The notes: generated by a model from the letters alone, not told the origin. Counted from the first letter of the stretch, positions 27,380 through 37,394 are shown. The stretch is DNA of 64,000 nucleotides from a bacterium CG_4_9_14_3_um_filter_65_15 (GCA_002790835.1 PFVX01000056.1:24508-88507); one strand, 5' to 3'. Program-made: numbers and translations.

Positions 27380-27991
27380 CTAGCGGAACAGGGCCTTGAC
27401 CTGGGACCAGCTGCGGTCCTCGTTGGCCACCACGTCACCGCTGGGCTCGACCTTGCCGTCCCACATCTCGGTATAGCCGGGTTCCACCAGGTCGGCGTTG
27501 CGGTACACCGCGACCAGGAACGGCCATCCGGTCTGGTCCGCGGGGGCCAGGTCGTTCAACCGCGCGCCGCTGTTCCAGTCCACGTAGCCGTTGGCCGAAC
27601 CGAGGGTTCCGAGCAGCATGGTGTGGGTCAGGGAAGTCAAGACCCCGCCCAGGATCATGGCACCGTCACGGAAAGTGGAGGGATTGGCATAGTCCGCCGC
27701 CGTGGACGCATCCTCGTAGATGGCCACGAACCCTCCGCTGTACACGTCGGAGGCACCGCTGCCGGTCAGGGTCAGGCCGGTCACGACCAGGGTGTACTGG
27801 GCGCCGGGGGTGTTCAGAGGCAGCGGTGCTTCCGGTGCGTCACCGTTGAGAATAATCCCGTAGGCCACGGCATCCTGGCCGACGGCCGCAGGCAGCACCG
27901 CTTGCCCCGTGAAATCGAAGAACTGGACGGCTTGGGCTCCCGTCGCTAGGACGGAAAGGAGCAACAGGCTGACGATGGCAATTGTCTTCAT
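27380..27991 (-). CDS. Secreted hypothetical protein, paralog A
   Basis: Signal peptide MKTIAIVSLLLLSVLATGAQA. SD GGAGGA. Similar in length and C-terminal W-containing motif to paralog B. Confidence 0.5.
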   Translation of the reverse strand: MKTIAIVSLLLLSVLATGAQAVQFFDFTGQAVLPAAVGQDAVAYGIILNGDAPEAPLPLNTPGAQYTLVVTGLTLTGSGASDVYSGGFVAIYEDASTAADYANPSTFRDGAMILGGVLTSLTHTMLLGTLGSANGYVDWNSGARLNDLAPADQTGWPFLVAVYRNADLVEPGYTEMWDGKVEPSGDVVANEDRSWSQVKALFR

Positions 27992-28025
27992 GGCATTCTT
28001 CCTCCGCGGAATTCGGGTTAAGCGC

Positions 28026-28703
28026 CTAGTTGCCGGCGCTGAACTGGGATTTGAGATCGCCCCAGCTGATGTTTTCGTTGTCCACCGCGGAATCGACATC
28101 CAGGATGCCGTCCACCTGCAGATCGTAACCCGCGGGGATGTTGGCTCCGGTCAGGTCGTTGAAGGTCCCGGCGATGGTGTAGGAGCAGTCCGAACAGGGG
28201 CCGGCCAGGGCCGTGCCGCCGGTGGCGTCGATGGTGCCCTGGAACACGCCGCTGCCGGAAGCCTGCATGACCAGCGTGAACGAGGTGAAGTCCCCCATGA
28301 AGACAAGGTCGCCGTCGATAAACGTGGACGGAGCGGTCGGGTTCGGCGGGGAAACACCCCAGTCGTGGTTGTGATCGAAGGATGCGTACACGGCGATGGT
28401 GCCGCCGGTGTAGAGGGTTGTGGCGGTGCCGGTCGTCTGGTTGACGGTGGCGCCCTGACTGACCAGGCCCTCGATAAAGAGGGTTGCTTCCTGTGTGCCG
28501 AGGTCGACCTGGAACAGCGGGTCGATCTGACTGACGGTGCAGGCCACCGCCAGCTGATCGCCCGGATCGCTGGGCACCAGACCACCGGTTTCATAGGCGT
28601 AGCCGACGTAATCGACGACGGCCGCGGCGGCGCCCCGGACGGCGAATACGCCGATGGCCAGCACGCTCAATGCGATGACGGATCCCTTCAAGCCTTGCTT
28701 CAT
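28026..28703 (-). CDS. Secreted hypothetical protein, paralog B
   Basis: Signal peptide MKQGLKGSVIALSVLAIGVFAVRGAAA. SD GGGAGG. Shares architecture with paralog A (Gly/Thr-rich, C-terminal ...SWGDLKSQF versus ...SWSQVKALF). Confidence 0.5.
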   Translation of the reverse strand: MKQGLKGSVIALSVLAIGVFAVRGAAAAVVDYVGYAYETGGLVPSDPGDQLAVACTVSQIDPLFQVDLGTQEATLFIEGLVSQGATVNQTTGTATTLYTGGTIAVYASFDHNHDWGVSPPNPTAPSTFIDGDLVFMGDFTSFTLVMQASGSGVFQGTIDATGGTALAGPCSDCSYTIAGTFNDLTGANIPAGYDLQVDGILDVDSAVDNENISWGDLKSQFSAGN

Positions 28704-29087
28704 GGACTCTTGCCTCCCTGATGATTGCTTTGTCCCGGATGGCGACACCCGGGACGGGGCGATTGCGGGTTACGGGGGGACAACGGAGGGGAGAGGGCGG
28801 AAAGTTCCTGAAAGAGGATAAAAATTAGAAATATTTATAACTTCAATATATTCAACAAGTCACGTCCCTCGAGATTCCGGTCGACTCCGTGCCCGAGAGC
28901 TGCGGCACCGGAATCGACGCCCGCAGGACAGCCGCCGATAGGCGCCGAGACGGCCGCGTCGCCCACGCCGCCAACGCCGCCCACGCCGCGGCGGCGAACC
29001 TCCCGATTCCTTCATTGACGGGGCCACGGCGATTGGCCAGTTTAGACGCGATTCCAACTCGGTTCCCCCCGATCATCGAGGCATGTC

Positions 29088-31175
29088 GTGGCAACCCCGT
29101 CCTACAGCCGTATTCGACGTACCCTGTTCCGGCTCGTGGAGCGCTTCGAGCCCGACGAGACCACCATCATGGTGGTCATCGCGGTATTGGTCGGCGTGGC
29201 CGGTGGTTTCGGAGCCATCCTGTTTCGTTGGCTGGTGAACTTCTTCCAGGGTTTCGTTCTCGGCCAGGGGGAAAGCACGGTGGAGCTTCTTTTGGCCGTG
29301 CCCTGGTGGCACAGGCTCTTGCTGCCCGTGCTGGGGGGGGTGATCGTGGGTCCGTTGGTGTATTTCGGGGCTCCGGAGGCCAAGGGCCACGGAGTCCCCG
29401 AGGTGATGAACGCCATGGTATTCAAGAAAGGCGTGATCCGGCCCATCGTCGCGGCGGTCAAGATCCTCGCCAGCGCCATCACCATCGCCTGCGGCGGTTC
29501 GGTGGGGCGGGAGGGGCCCATCGTGCAGATCGGCGCCGGCATGGCCAGCACCATCGGCCAGTGGCTGCGGTTCTCACCCCAACGCCTGCGGACGCTCATC
29601 GGCTGCGGCGCCGCCGCCGGCATCGCCGCCACCTTCAACGCTCCCATCGCCGGGGCCTTCTTCGCCCTGGAAATCCTCATGCGGGATTTCGCGTTGGTGA
29701 CCTTCAGCCCGATCATCGTCTCCAGCGTGGTGGCCACGGCCATCAGCCGCGAGTTCCTGGGGGCCAATCCCTCCTTCATGGTACCTGATTTCGCCATGGA
29801 GAGTTCTCTGGAGCTTCCCTTCTACCTGCTGCTGGGGCTTCTGGTGGGGCTGGTGGCCATGGTCTACGTGCGCACCCTCTACGCCTCCGAGGGATTCTTC
29901 GACCGGCTGCGGATTCCCTCCTGGAGCAAGCCTGCCCTGGGGGGAGTGGCCCTCGGTCTGCTTTTGATCTGGTTCCCGCAGGTTTACGGCGTGGGGTATA
30001 GCTCCATGGTCCACGCCCTCAACGGGAACATGGCCCTGGGGCTGATGGCCTTGCTGGTGGTCGTCAAGTTGGTGGCGGTGGACCTCACCCTGGGCTCGGG
30101 AGCCTCCGGCGGGATCTTCGCTCCGGCTCTGTACCTCGGGGGCATGACGGGCGGAGCCTTCGGCGCGGCCCTGCTCTTCCTCTTTCCCGGGGCCCATCAT
30201 GCGGTGGGAACTTTCGCCATGGCCGGCATGGCCGCCATGGTGGGTGCGGCCACCGGCGGGCCGCTGACGGCCATCCTCATTCTTTTCGAGATGACCGGCC
30301 AGTACCAGGTGATCCTGCCGCTGATGCTCGCGAGCATCGGCGCGGCCTTGACCTACCGCACCCTGATGGATGAGACCATCTTCACCCTGAAATTCGCCCG
30401 TCAAGGCAGACAGATCCACTTCGGCCGCGAGAGCGCCATCCTGCGCAATTTCCACGTCCAGGACATCATGGAGGTCAATCCCCATACGGTTCGCCAGGGC
30501 GATGGACTCGACCGCATTCTCAAACTCTTTTTGGACAACAAGGACGACCACTATTACGTCGTGGACGAGGCCGGAGGGCTCATCGGGCTGATTTCCATCC
30601 ACGACATCAAGGATCTGCTGCACGAGGATGGGTTGGGAAAATTCCTCATCGCCGAGGACATCCACACCCCGGCGGGGGATTTCGTGTACCGCCGTGACAA
30701 CCTCGAGGATTGCCTGCTGAAGCTCGGCAAGCTGGACCACACCGATCTGCCGGTTCTTTACAGCCCGGAAAAACCCGTGCTGGTGGGCCTGATCACGCGG
30801 CAGTCCATCTTCGAAATCTACAACCGCGAGGTGCTGCACCAGGAGGATATGGGCATCAAGCTGGTCACCGGCGAGGGTCGCATGCACGACTGCGTCGAGT
30901 TGCCGGAGCAGTACAAGGTGCAGCTCTTCGTGCCCCCGGTGGAATGGGAGGGCAGGACCCTGCAGGAGTTGGCCCTGCGGCCCCGCTACGGGATCTCGGT
31001 TCTGGCGGTCAAACAACGCAATTACCTGGGTGGTCTGGAGAATCGCATCCCGGACCCCGGGCAACCCCTGAGACCGGGGGACCGCCTGATCATCGTGGGT
31101 GAGGTTGGGGCCCTGGAACGGCTCCTTCAGGAAACCAACACTTCCTCATTTGCTCCCGGTGGGCAGGAATCGTGA
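29088..31175 (+). CDS. ClC-family chloride channel/transporter with C-terminal CBS pair and TrkA-C domain
   Basis: ClC selectivity motifs GGSVGREGP and GIFAPALYLGG, about 10 TM helices, then CBS domains and a TrkA_C-like end. GTG start. Confidence 0.8.
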   Translation: MATPSYSRIRRTLFRLVERFEPDETTIMVVIAVLVGVAGGFGAILFRWLVNFFQGFVLGQGESTVELLLAVPWWHRLLLPVLGGVIVGPLVYFGAPEAKGHGVPEVMNAMVFKKGVIRPIVAAVKILASAITIACGGSVGREGPIVQIGAGMASTIGQWLRFSPQRLRTLIGCGAAAGIAATFNAPIAGAFFALEILMRDFALVTFSPIIVSSVVATAISREFLGANPSFMVPDFAMESSLELPFYLLLGLLVGLVAMVYVRTLYASEGFFDRLRIPSWSKPALGGVALGLLLIWFPQVYGVGYSSMVHALNGNMALGLMALLVVVKLVAVDLTLGSGASGGIFAPALYLGGMTGGAFGAALLFLFPGAHHAVGTFAMAGMAAMVGAATGGPLTAILILFEMTGQYQVILPLMLASIGAALTYRTLMDETIFTLKFARQGRQIHFGRESAILRNFHVQDIMEVNPHTVRQGDGLDRILKLFLDNKDDHYYVVDEAGGLIGLISIHDIKDLLHEDGLGKFLIAEDIHTPAGDFVYRRDNLEDCLLKLGKLDHTDLPVLYSPEKPVLVGLITRQSIFEIYNREVLHQEDMGIKLVTGEGRMHDCVELPEQYKVQLFVPPVEWEGRTLQELALRPRYGISVLAVKQRNYLGGLENRIPDPGQPLRPGDRLIIVGEVGALERLLQETNTSSFAPGGQES

Positions 31176-31222
31176 GGGGTGGCGGTTGTTTTGCTCGTCT
31201 CCGGGGAGCGGTAGCATGGCAA

Positions 31223-31259
31223 GAGAAAGCGGACCCTTCGCCCTGAGGTCCGCTTTCTC
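31223..31259 (+). terminator. Perfect 13-bp-stem hairpin downstream of the ClC gene, possible terminator; a T7 run follows ~45 nt later
   Basis: gagaaagcggacc / ggtccgctttctc with an 11-nt loop. No immediately adjacent U-tract. A second weak structure and TTTTTTT lie at about 31285-31310. Confidence 0.35.
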
Positions 31260-31396
31260 GTCTCGCCCGTGCCATGTTCGCTGGAAAAACGCATGTTTTC
31301 GCTTTTTTTCCGTTCGAGAAGATCCTGTTGTCTTCTCCCGATGAAGGGATATACGATGCCCGAAACGGAAAGTTCCCCACTTTTTGCGGGAGGATC

Positions 31397-32902
31397 ATGA
31401 ACCCCCTGAACGTCCTGATGGTGGCCGCGGAATACGCCCCTCTGGCCAAGGTGGGTGGGTTGGGCGACGTCACCGCCGCTCTGGCCGATGCGCTTGTGGC
31501 GCGGGGCCACCGGGTCAAAATCGTGCTGCCCCTGTACCGGGATCTGGACCGGGACCGGCTGGGTCTGCGCCCCCTGCGGAAATTGCCGCCGCTGGCGGTG
31601 CGGGTGGGCGACCGGATGCACGACATCCGGTTTTTCGTGGTGGGGCGCGGGTCGGGTCGGCTCCAGGTCCTGTGCGTGGAATGCGAATCCCTGTTTGGGA
31701 GGCCGGGCATCTACACCGATGCGGGCGGCGCGGATTTTTCCGACGCCGTCCGGCGATGGGCACTGCTGAGCCGGGCGGCCCTGCTCTTGCCCCGGGCGCT
31801 GGAATGGCCGGTGGACATCATCCACGCCCACGATGCCCAGGCCGTACCGGTGTTGCTGAACCGCCGGCTCTGGTATGCCGGTCGCGATTTTCCCGGGCCC
31901 GCGGCGACGGTTTTGACGATCCACAATCTCGCACACCAGGAGATCCACCCCGTGTCCGCGGCCGAGGACCTGGGTTTGCCTTCAAGCCAGGCCGTGTATC
32001 CGGGTTTGCTGGAGTACCACGGCCAGGTGAACCTCCTGAAGGCGGGGATCCTGGCGGCCGATCGGGTCAATACCGTCAGTCCGGGATATGCGCGGGAAAC
32101 CGTGACGGACGCGAGCCTGGGATGCGGCCTGCAGAGTGTCCTGGCCGGACGCGGCAAGGCGTATGAGGGCATTCTCAACGGGACCGACTATCGGATCTGG
32201 GATCCTGCCCGCGACTCCTCCCTGCCCGCCGCATTCTCGGTGAACGACCTGGCCGGCAAGGAAACCTGTCGCCGCGAATTGCTGAAGCAGTTCGGCTTGA
32301 AGCCGGCCAATGGCCGCGACGGCCGCCCGGAACGGCCGGTTTGCGGGTTCGTCGGTCGTCTCGTCACCCAGAAGGGTGTGGACCTGCTGGCTCCCGTCCT
32401 GCCCCGTCTGGCGGCGGACGGATTCACCTTCGTCGTTCAGGGCACGGGGGAATCGCGCCTGGAAGCGACCATGACCGATCTGGCCGGGCGCTATCCCCGG
32501 AACATCGCCTTTTGCGACCGCTACGACGAAGCCTTGGCTCACCGGATCTATGCCGGATCCGACGTTTTCCTGATGCCCAGCCTGTTCGAACCCTGCGGGC
32601 TGTCCCAGATGTACGCCCTGCGCTACGGCACACCTCCGGTGGTGCGCGCGACCGGAGGACTCGTCGATACGGTCACGCCATGGAACGATTCCGCGGCTAC
32701 CGGTTTTGTCTTCTCCGCTCCCACCAGCGAGGGCCTGCTGGCGAGTTTGCGACAGGTGGAAAAGGTCTGGCGGGACCCCGCGGCCTGGCGCAAGCTCCAG
32801 ATGCGCGGCATGAAGGCCCGCTTCGATTGGTCCACGGCCGCGGGGCATTACGAGCAGCTCTACCAGGCGGCGTTGTCCCGACGCGAGGAGTCCCTGCCAT
32901 GA
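31397..32902 (+). CDS. glgA: Glycogen synthase (ADP-glucose type)
   Basis: N-terminal AAEYAPLAKVGGLGDV motif, about 500 aa. SD GGGAGGA. Confidence 0.9.
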   Translation: MNPLNVLMVAAEYAPLAKVGGLGDVTAALADALVARGHRVKIVLPLYRDLDRDRLGLRPLRKLPPLAVRVGDRMHDIRFFVVGRGSGRLQVLCVECESLFGRPGIYTDAGGADFSDAVRRWALLSRAALLLPRALEWPVDIIHAHDAQAVPVLLNRRLWYAGRDFPGPAATVLTIHNLAHQEIHPVSAAEDLGLPSSQAVYPGLLEYHGQVNLLKAGILAADRVNTVSPGYARETVTDASLGCGLQSVLAGRGKAYEGILNGTDYRIWDPARDSSLPAAFSVNDLAGKETCRRELLKQFGLKPANGRDGRPERPVCGFVGRLVTQKGVDLLAPVLPRLAADGFTFVVQGTGESRLEATMTDLAGRYPRNIAFCDRYDEALAHRIYAGSDVFLMPSLFEPCGLSQMYALRYGTPPVVRATGGLVDTVTPWNDSAATGFVFSAPTSEGLLASLRQVEKVWRDPAAWRKLQMRGMKARFDWSTAAGHYEQLYQAALSRREESLP

Positions 32903-34671
32903 TCGACGAAGGTGCCGGTCGCCCCGAAGCCGAAATCCTCTCGGCGGCTTTCTACCAGAGCCCGTTGCCGCTGATCGTGGTTGCCGACGGAGGGACGGTC
33001 TCGGCCGTCAGCCATGAGGCCTGCGCCTTGATGGGTCTGTCCCGCGAAGAACTTCTGGGCAGGTCGGTGAACGGATATTTCCTGCCCCAGCTTCCCATCG
33101 GGCGCTGCTTCGAACTCAAGGAATGCCTGGACCAGCGCTGTCGCCGGGAAATGCTTCCGGGCCGTGGCGACCCCATCCCGGTGGAGATCCTGTGCCGGCC
33201 CTTCCGGGTCGGCAGCGACGAGGGCGAGGATCTGGAAACGGAATACAACCATTGCCTGCTGTACATCTCCGACACGCGCAAACGGGACTACGAGGACGAG
33301 CTGCGCGCGGCCCGAGTGGCCAAGCTGTCCCTGTTGAATCAGGTGAGTGAAGCCCTCTACGGCGCGAATCTGACCCTGGACCAGGTCCTGGAGGCGGTGC
33401 TGATCTGCATCACCGCCGGCCAGGGGTTGCGGTTCAACCGGGCGTTCCTGCTGCTTGTGGACGAAGAGGTGGGGGTGATGCGGGGCGAGATCGCCATCGG
33501 GCCCAGCGACCAGGACGAGGCCGGTCGGATCTGGACCGACCTCTCCCATCAGCCCGAAGACCTGTTCTCCATGATGACCAGCTACGACCAGTCCATCAAG
33601 CAGACCGATGCGGCGGTCAACGCCATCGTCAAGACCATGAGCGTTTCCCTATCGGACCACGACAACGTTCTGGTGCGCAGCATGGAGGAGCGCCAGGCCA
33701 TCCGCATTACCCCGGACATGGATCTGCCGGGCGTGGCGGCCATCAGGCAATGGCTCGGCTGCGACTGTTTCGCCGTCGCACCCTTGATGACGCGCAGCGG
33801 CATACTGGGCGCGATCATCGCGGACAACGCCATCAGCGGCCAGCGGATCACGGATCTGGATCTGGAATTCCTGCAACTTTTTGCCAACCAGAGCGCCAGC
33901 GCCATCGAAAACAGCCGCCTCTACACCGAACTGGAAAGGCGGCTGATCGATCTGCGCCAGGCCCATCAGAAACAGCGGGAGCACCAGGAGACCCTGCTGC
34001 GCATGGAACGCCTGAGCGTCATGGGCGAGACCTCGGCCATCGTGGCCCACGAGCTGCGCAACCCCCTGGTGGCCATCGGGGGGTTCGCCCGCGCCCTGGT
34101 GCGCAACCTCGATCAGGACGACCCCAACCACAGGTATGCCGGCATCATCACCGAAGAGGTCTCGCGGATGGAGACCATCATCCACGACCTCCTGGACTTC
34201 ATCCGGCCGCAGAAACTCCAACGCAAGGTGGTGGTCGTCGATGACCTGGTGACCGCCACGGTGGAACGTTTCGGGGGAGAGATCCAGGCCAAGGGGATTG
34301 AACTCGCCCTGGACCTGCAAGCCGGAGGGGCCAAGGTATCCTGCAATCCCATCGAGATCCAGCAGGTGCTGCAGAACTTCCTGGTCAACGCCATGCAGGT
34401 CATGCCGGAAGGGGGAAGCATCGAAGTGCGTACCCGCCAGGTCACCGGCGGTGTTCAGGTCGAGGTCTGCGATACTGGTCCGGGAATTGCAGAAAACATG
34501 AGCGACAAGCTGTTTGCGCCGTTTTTTACCACGAAACCGACCGGTAGCGGACTGGGATTGACCATCTGTCAGCAGATCATCAAATCCCATGGTGGAGTGG
34601 TGGGAGTGCGCAACCGCACGGAAAAAGGAGCCGGTTTTTCGTTCATCCTCCCCCTTCCCAAGGATTCCTGA
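32899..34671 (+). CDS. Cytoplasmic sensor histidine kinase (PAS-GAF-HisKA-HATPase_c)
   Basis: PAS-like N-terminus, a GAF region, H-box AHELRNPL, and an ATPase G-boxes region CDTGPGI...GSGLGLTI. No TM segments. The ATG overlaps the glgA stop (ATGA). Confidence 0.8.
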   Translation: MIDEGAGRPEAEILSAAFYQSPLPLIVVADGGTVSAVSHEACALMGLSREELLGRSVNGYFLPQLPIGRCFELKECLDQRCRREMLPGRGDPIPVEILCRPFRVGSDEGEDLETEYNHCLLYISDTRKRDYEDELRAARVAKLSLLNQVSEALYGANLTLDQVLEAVLICITAGQGLRFNRAFLLLVDEEVGVMRGEIAIGPSDQDEAGRIWTDLSHQPEDLFSMMTSYDQSIKQTDAAVNAIVKTMSVSLSDHDNVLVRSMEERQAIRITPDMDLPGVAAIRQWLGCDCFAVAPLMTRSGILGAIIADNAISGQRITDLDLEFLQLFANQSASAIENSRLYTELERRLIDLRQAHQKQREHQETLLRMERLSVMGETSAIVAHELRNPLVAIGGFARALVRNLDQDDPNHRYAGIITEEVSRMETIIHDLLDFIRPQKLQRKVVVVDDLVTATVERFGGEIQAKGIELALDLQAGGAKVSCNPIEIQQVLQNFLVNAMQVMPEGGSIEVRTRQVTGGVQVEVCDTGPGIAENMSDKLFAPFFTTKPTGSGLGLTICQQIIKSHGGVVGVRNRTEKGAGFSFILPLPKDS

Positions 34672-34804
34672 TTGGTCCGGATGTTTATTTATCATGGACT
34701 GCGGAGATCAACTGGCATCATCCCGGGTGATTTGTTAAGGTGTGATGGGAGCTTGAGGAGAATGCCCTGAACGGGTAGGGTGGATGGACGCAGGAGGCAA
34801 AATT

Positions 34805-35176
34805 ATGAGCAGGATCCTCATTGTCGATGATGAACCCCACCTGCGATTGCTGTACGAGACGGAATTGCGGCGTGCCGGGTTCGAGACCATGACCGCTTCC
34901 AATGCGGTGCAGGGGCTCGAATTCGTAGAGACCATGGAGCCCGATCTTGTTATTCTCGACATCCGGATGGCGGGAATGGACGGGATCGAGGCCATGCAGC
35001 ACATCATGGAACGCGATCAGCGGGTCCCCGTCATTCTGAACACGGCCTTTTCGAGTTACAAGGACAACTATCTGACCTGGGCCGCGGACGCGTACCTGAC
35101 CAAATCGTCTGACGTCACCGAGCTGGTGGAAACCGTTAAGCAGGTTCTGGAGAAGCAGGCCACCGCCCACGGTTGA
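34805..35176 (+). CDS. Single-domain response regulator (CheY-like receiver)
   Basis: ILIVDDEPHLR...DLVILDIRMAGMDG... SD AGGAGG. Confidence 0.8.
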   Translation: MSRILIVDDEPHLRLLYETELRRAGFETMTASNAVQGLEFVETMEPDLVILDIRMAGMDGIEAMQHIMERDQRVPVILNTAFSSYKDNYLTWAADAYLTKSSDVTELVETVKQVLEKQATAHG

Positions 35177-35234
35177 CGACGGCTCCCGATCTGGTTGACG
35201 CATCGCCCGTGGCTGCAACCGTGGAGCCTGACCC

Positions 35235-36479
35235 TTGAGCATTCGCAAACTTGTGCGGGGTACGCTGACCCTCATCCTGGCGGGCGGCCAGGGCCAGCGC
35301 CTGTATCCCCTGACGCGTGACCGTTCCAAGCCTGCCGTTCCCTTCGGCAGCGCCTACCGGATCATCGACTTCACCCTCAGCAATTGCATCAACAGCGGGC
35401 TGCGGCAGATCTACGTCCTGACCCAGTACAAATCCTTTTCCCTGGACCAGCATCTGCAGCGGGGTTGGAACATCTTCAGCTACGAGGCCGGAGAGTTCCT
35501 GTACCGGATCCCGCCCCAGCATCGGGTCGGGCAACGCTGGTACGGGGGCACCGCAGACGCCGTCTACCAGAACATCTACCTGCTGGAAAACCGCAAGCCC
35601 GATCACGTGCTGATCCTCTCGGGCGACCACATCTACCGCATGGACTACGGCAAGCTCCTGGAGTTCCACGCCGGCCACAAGGGGTGCATGAGTCTGGCGG
35701 CCGCGGTCGTGCCGCGGCAGGGCGCCGCGGAGTTCGGGATCCTGGAGGTGGATGAGACCTGGAAGGTGGTGGGCTTCGCGGAGAAGCCGGCCAATCCCAA
35801 GACCATTCCCGGTGACCCCGACCATTGCCTGGTGAACATGGGGGTCTACATCTTCGAGACCGCCGACCTGGTGCGCGAACTCAGTCAGGACGCCCGCATT
35901 CCCGACAGCCACCATGACTTCGGCAAGAACATCATTCCCCAGCTGGTGGACAAGGGTGAGGTCTACGCCTACCCCTTCCGGGCTTCGGACACCCATGAGC
36001 CTCGCTACTGGCGGGACATCGGCACCCTGGACAGCTACTACGAGACCACCATGGATCTGGTGAGCCGGAAGCCCCGTTTCGATCTCTACGACCCCCGCTG
36101 GCGCTTCCGGGCCTGGCAACCGCCGGTCCCGCCGTTCAAGTCCGCCCACGGGTTCACCGAGGACGGCAAGTTGCCGGGCGTGGTGGCGGATTCCATCGTG
36201 GGCGGGGGAACCGTCATCTCCGGCGGCCACGTCGAACATTCGGTCCTGGGCCGCAGCGTGCGGGTCAATTCCTACAGCAGCGTAACCGAGAGCATCCTCA
36301 TGGACCACGTGCAGGTCGGCCGTTACGCCAAGGTGCATCGCTGCATCATCGACAAGAACGTGATCATTCCCGAGGGGATGGAAATCGGCTTCGACCGCGC
36401 CAAGGACGAAAGCATGTTCACGGTCTCGGACGGCGGCGTGGTGGTCGTGCCCAAGAACATGGACCTGAGCGAGGTTTAA
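35235..36479 (+). CDS. glgC: Glucose-1-phosphate adenylyltransferase
   Basis: LILAGGQGQRLYPLTRDRSKPAVPFGSAYRIIDFTLSNCINSG is the canonical GlgC N-terminus, with a C-terminal left-handed beta-helix. TTG start inferred. Confidence 0.85.
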   Translation: MSIRKLVRGTLTLILAGGQGQRLYPLTRDRSKPAVPFGSAYRIIDFTLSNCINSGLRQIYVLTQYKSFSLDQHLQRGWNIFSYEAGEFLYRIPPQHRVGQRWYGGTADAVYQNIYLLENRKPDHVLILSGDHIYRMDYGKLLEFHAGHKGCMSLAAAVVPRQGAAEFGILEVDETWKVVGFAEKPANPKTIPGDPDHCLVNMGVYIFETADLVRELSQDARIPDSHHDFGKNIIPQLVDKGEVYAYPFRASDTHEPRYWRDIGTLDSYYETTMDLVSRKPRFDLYDPRWRFRAWQPPVPPFKSAHGFTEDGKLPGVVADSIVGGGTVISGGHVEHSVLGRSVRVNSYSSVTESILMDHVQVGRYAKVHRCIIDKNVIIPEGMEIGFDRAKDESMFTVSDGGVVVVPKNMDLSEV

Positions 36480-37279
36480 AGCCGGTATTGGTCCGGTCGC
36501 CGGTCGCCGAAGATGTGGTTGCGCGGAGTCACCTGCTGGACGATGTCGGCGAGGTCGATGGCGGCGGTGGCCGCACCCTCGCTCTCGCGATCCAAGCGGG
36601 TCAGGACGTCTCCGAGGGGTGAGACGATCTGGCTCATGCCGATGAACTCCAGACTCTGGCCGGTGCGGCACTCGCTGCCGATGCGGTTGGCGGTGACGGC
36701 GAAGACCCGGTTCTCCTGACAGCGGGTCACCATGGCCGCGGGGCACCAGGGCAGGATCAGGTTCGAGGGGTGGCACAGGATCTGTGCGCCGGCCAGGGCC
36801 AGTGAGCGCCCCGCTTCGGGAAAAAGCCAATCGAAGCAGATCATCATGCCGATCCGCGCGCCGCAGGCCGTCACCACGCCGAACCCCCGGTCGCCTGGTT
36901 GAAAGATCTCCTTTTCCCGATCGAAGAGATGGACCTTGCGGTAGATCTCCCGGCTGCCGTCGGGGCGCACGAGGATGGAACTGTTGTAGACATGGTCGGC
37001 TGATTTTTCCGCGAGACCGGCGACGAGGGTAGAGCCCGTGGCCGCGGGTTTTGCCGTCAAGGCGGTGGTGATCGGACCGCCCGCCCCCCCGGGGGCGGCC
37101 TCCTCGGCGACGGCGGCGGCTTCGGCCGGGTCGCGGAACTGGTAGCCGGTGGCGAAGAGCTCGGGCAGAACGACCAGATCGCAATCGGCGGGGACGAGGT
37201 CCAGGGCGCGCACGAGATTGCCGCGGATGTCACCGAACACCGGCTGTGTCTGGACGGCTGCGATGGTCAGGCTGCTCAC
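36476..37279 (-). CDS. Carbon-nitrogen hydrolase family protein (nitrilase/amidase-like)
   Basis: ...LPELFATGY... and a catalytic Cys context ...MMICFDWLFPE... GTG start with SD GAAGGAG. Confidence 0.75.
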   Translation of the reverse strand: MSSLTIAAVQTQPVFGDIRGNLVRALDLVPADCDLVVLPELFATGYQFRDPAEAAAVAEEAAPGGAGGPITTALTAKPAATGSTLVAGLAEKSADHVYNSSILVRPDGSREIYRKVHLFDREKEIFQPGDRGFGVVTACGARIGMMICFDWLFPEAGRSLALAGAQILCHPSNLILPWCPAAMVTRCQENRVFAVTANRIGSECRTGQSLEFIGMSQIVSPLGDVLTRLDRESEGAATAAIDLADIVQQVTPRNHIFGDRRPDQYRL

Positions 37280-37394
37280 GGGACGCTCCTTCGGGTTCGG
37301 GTCCCCCCGATCGGTTGATCGGATGCGGCGCCGAGTGTCCGCTCGTTGTATCCTACCGGATGGGCGCTTGGGGCATTAGATTCCCCTACCCAGC

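Noticed and set aside
28900-29087. Possible fluoride (crcB) riboswitch in the 5' leader of the ClC gene
   Set aside because: The leader is GC-rich with a cgcccacgccgc direct repeat. It lacks the conserved crcB-motif core. The ClC itself is a long CBS/TrkA-C type with GREGP chloride-type motifs rather than a short CLC-F. So a fluoride riboswitch is unlikely.
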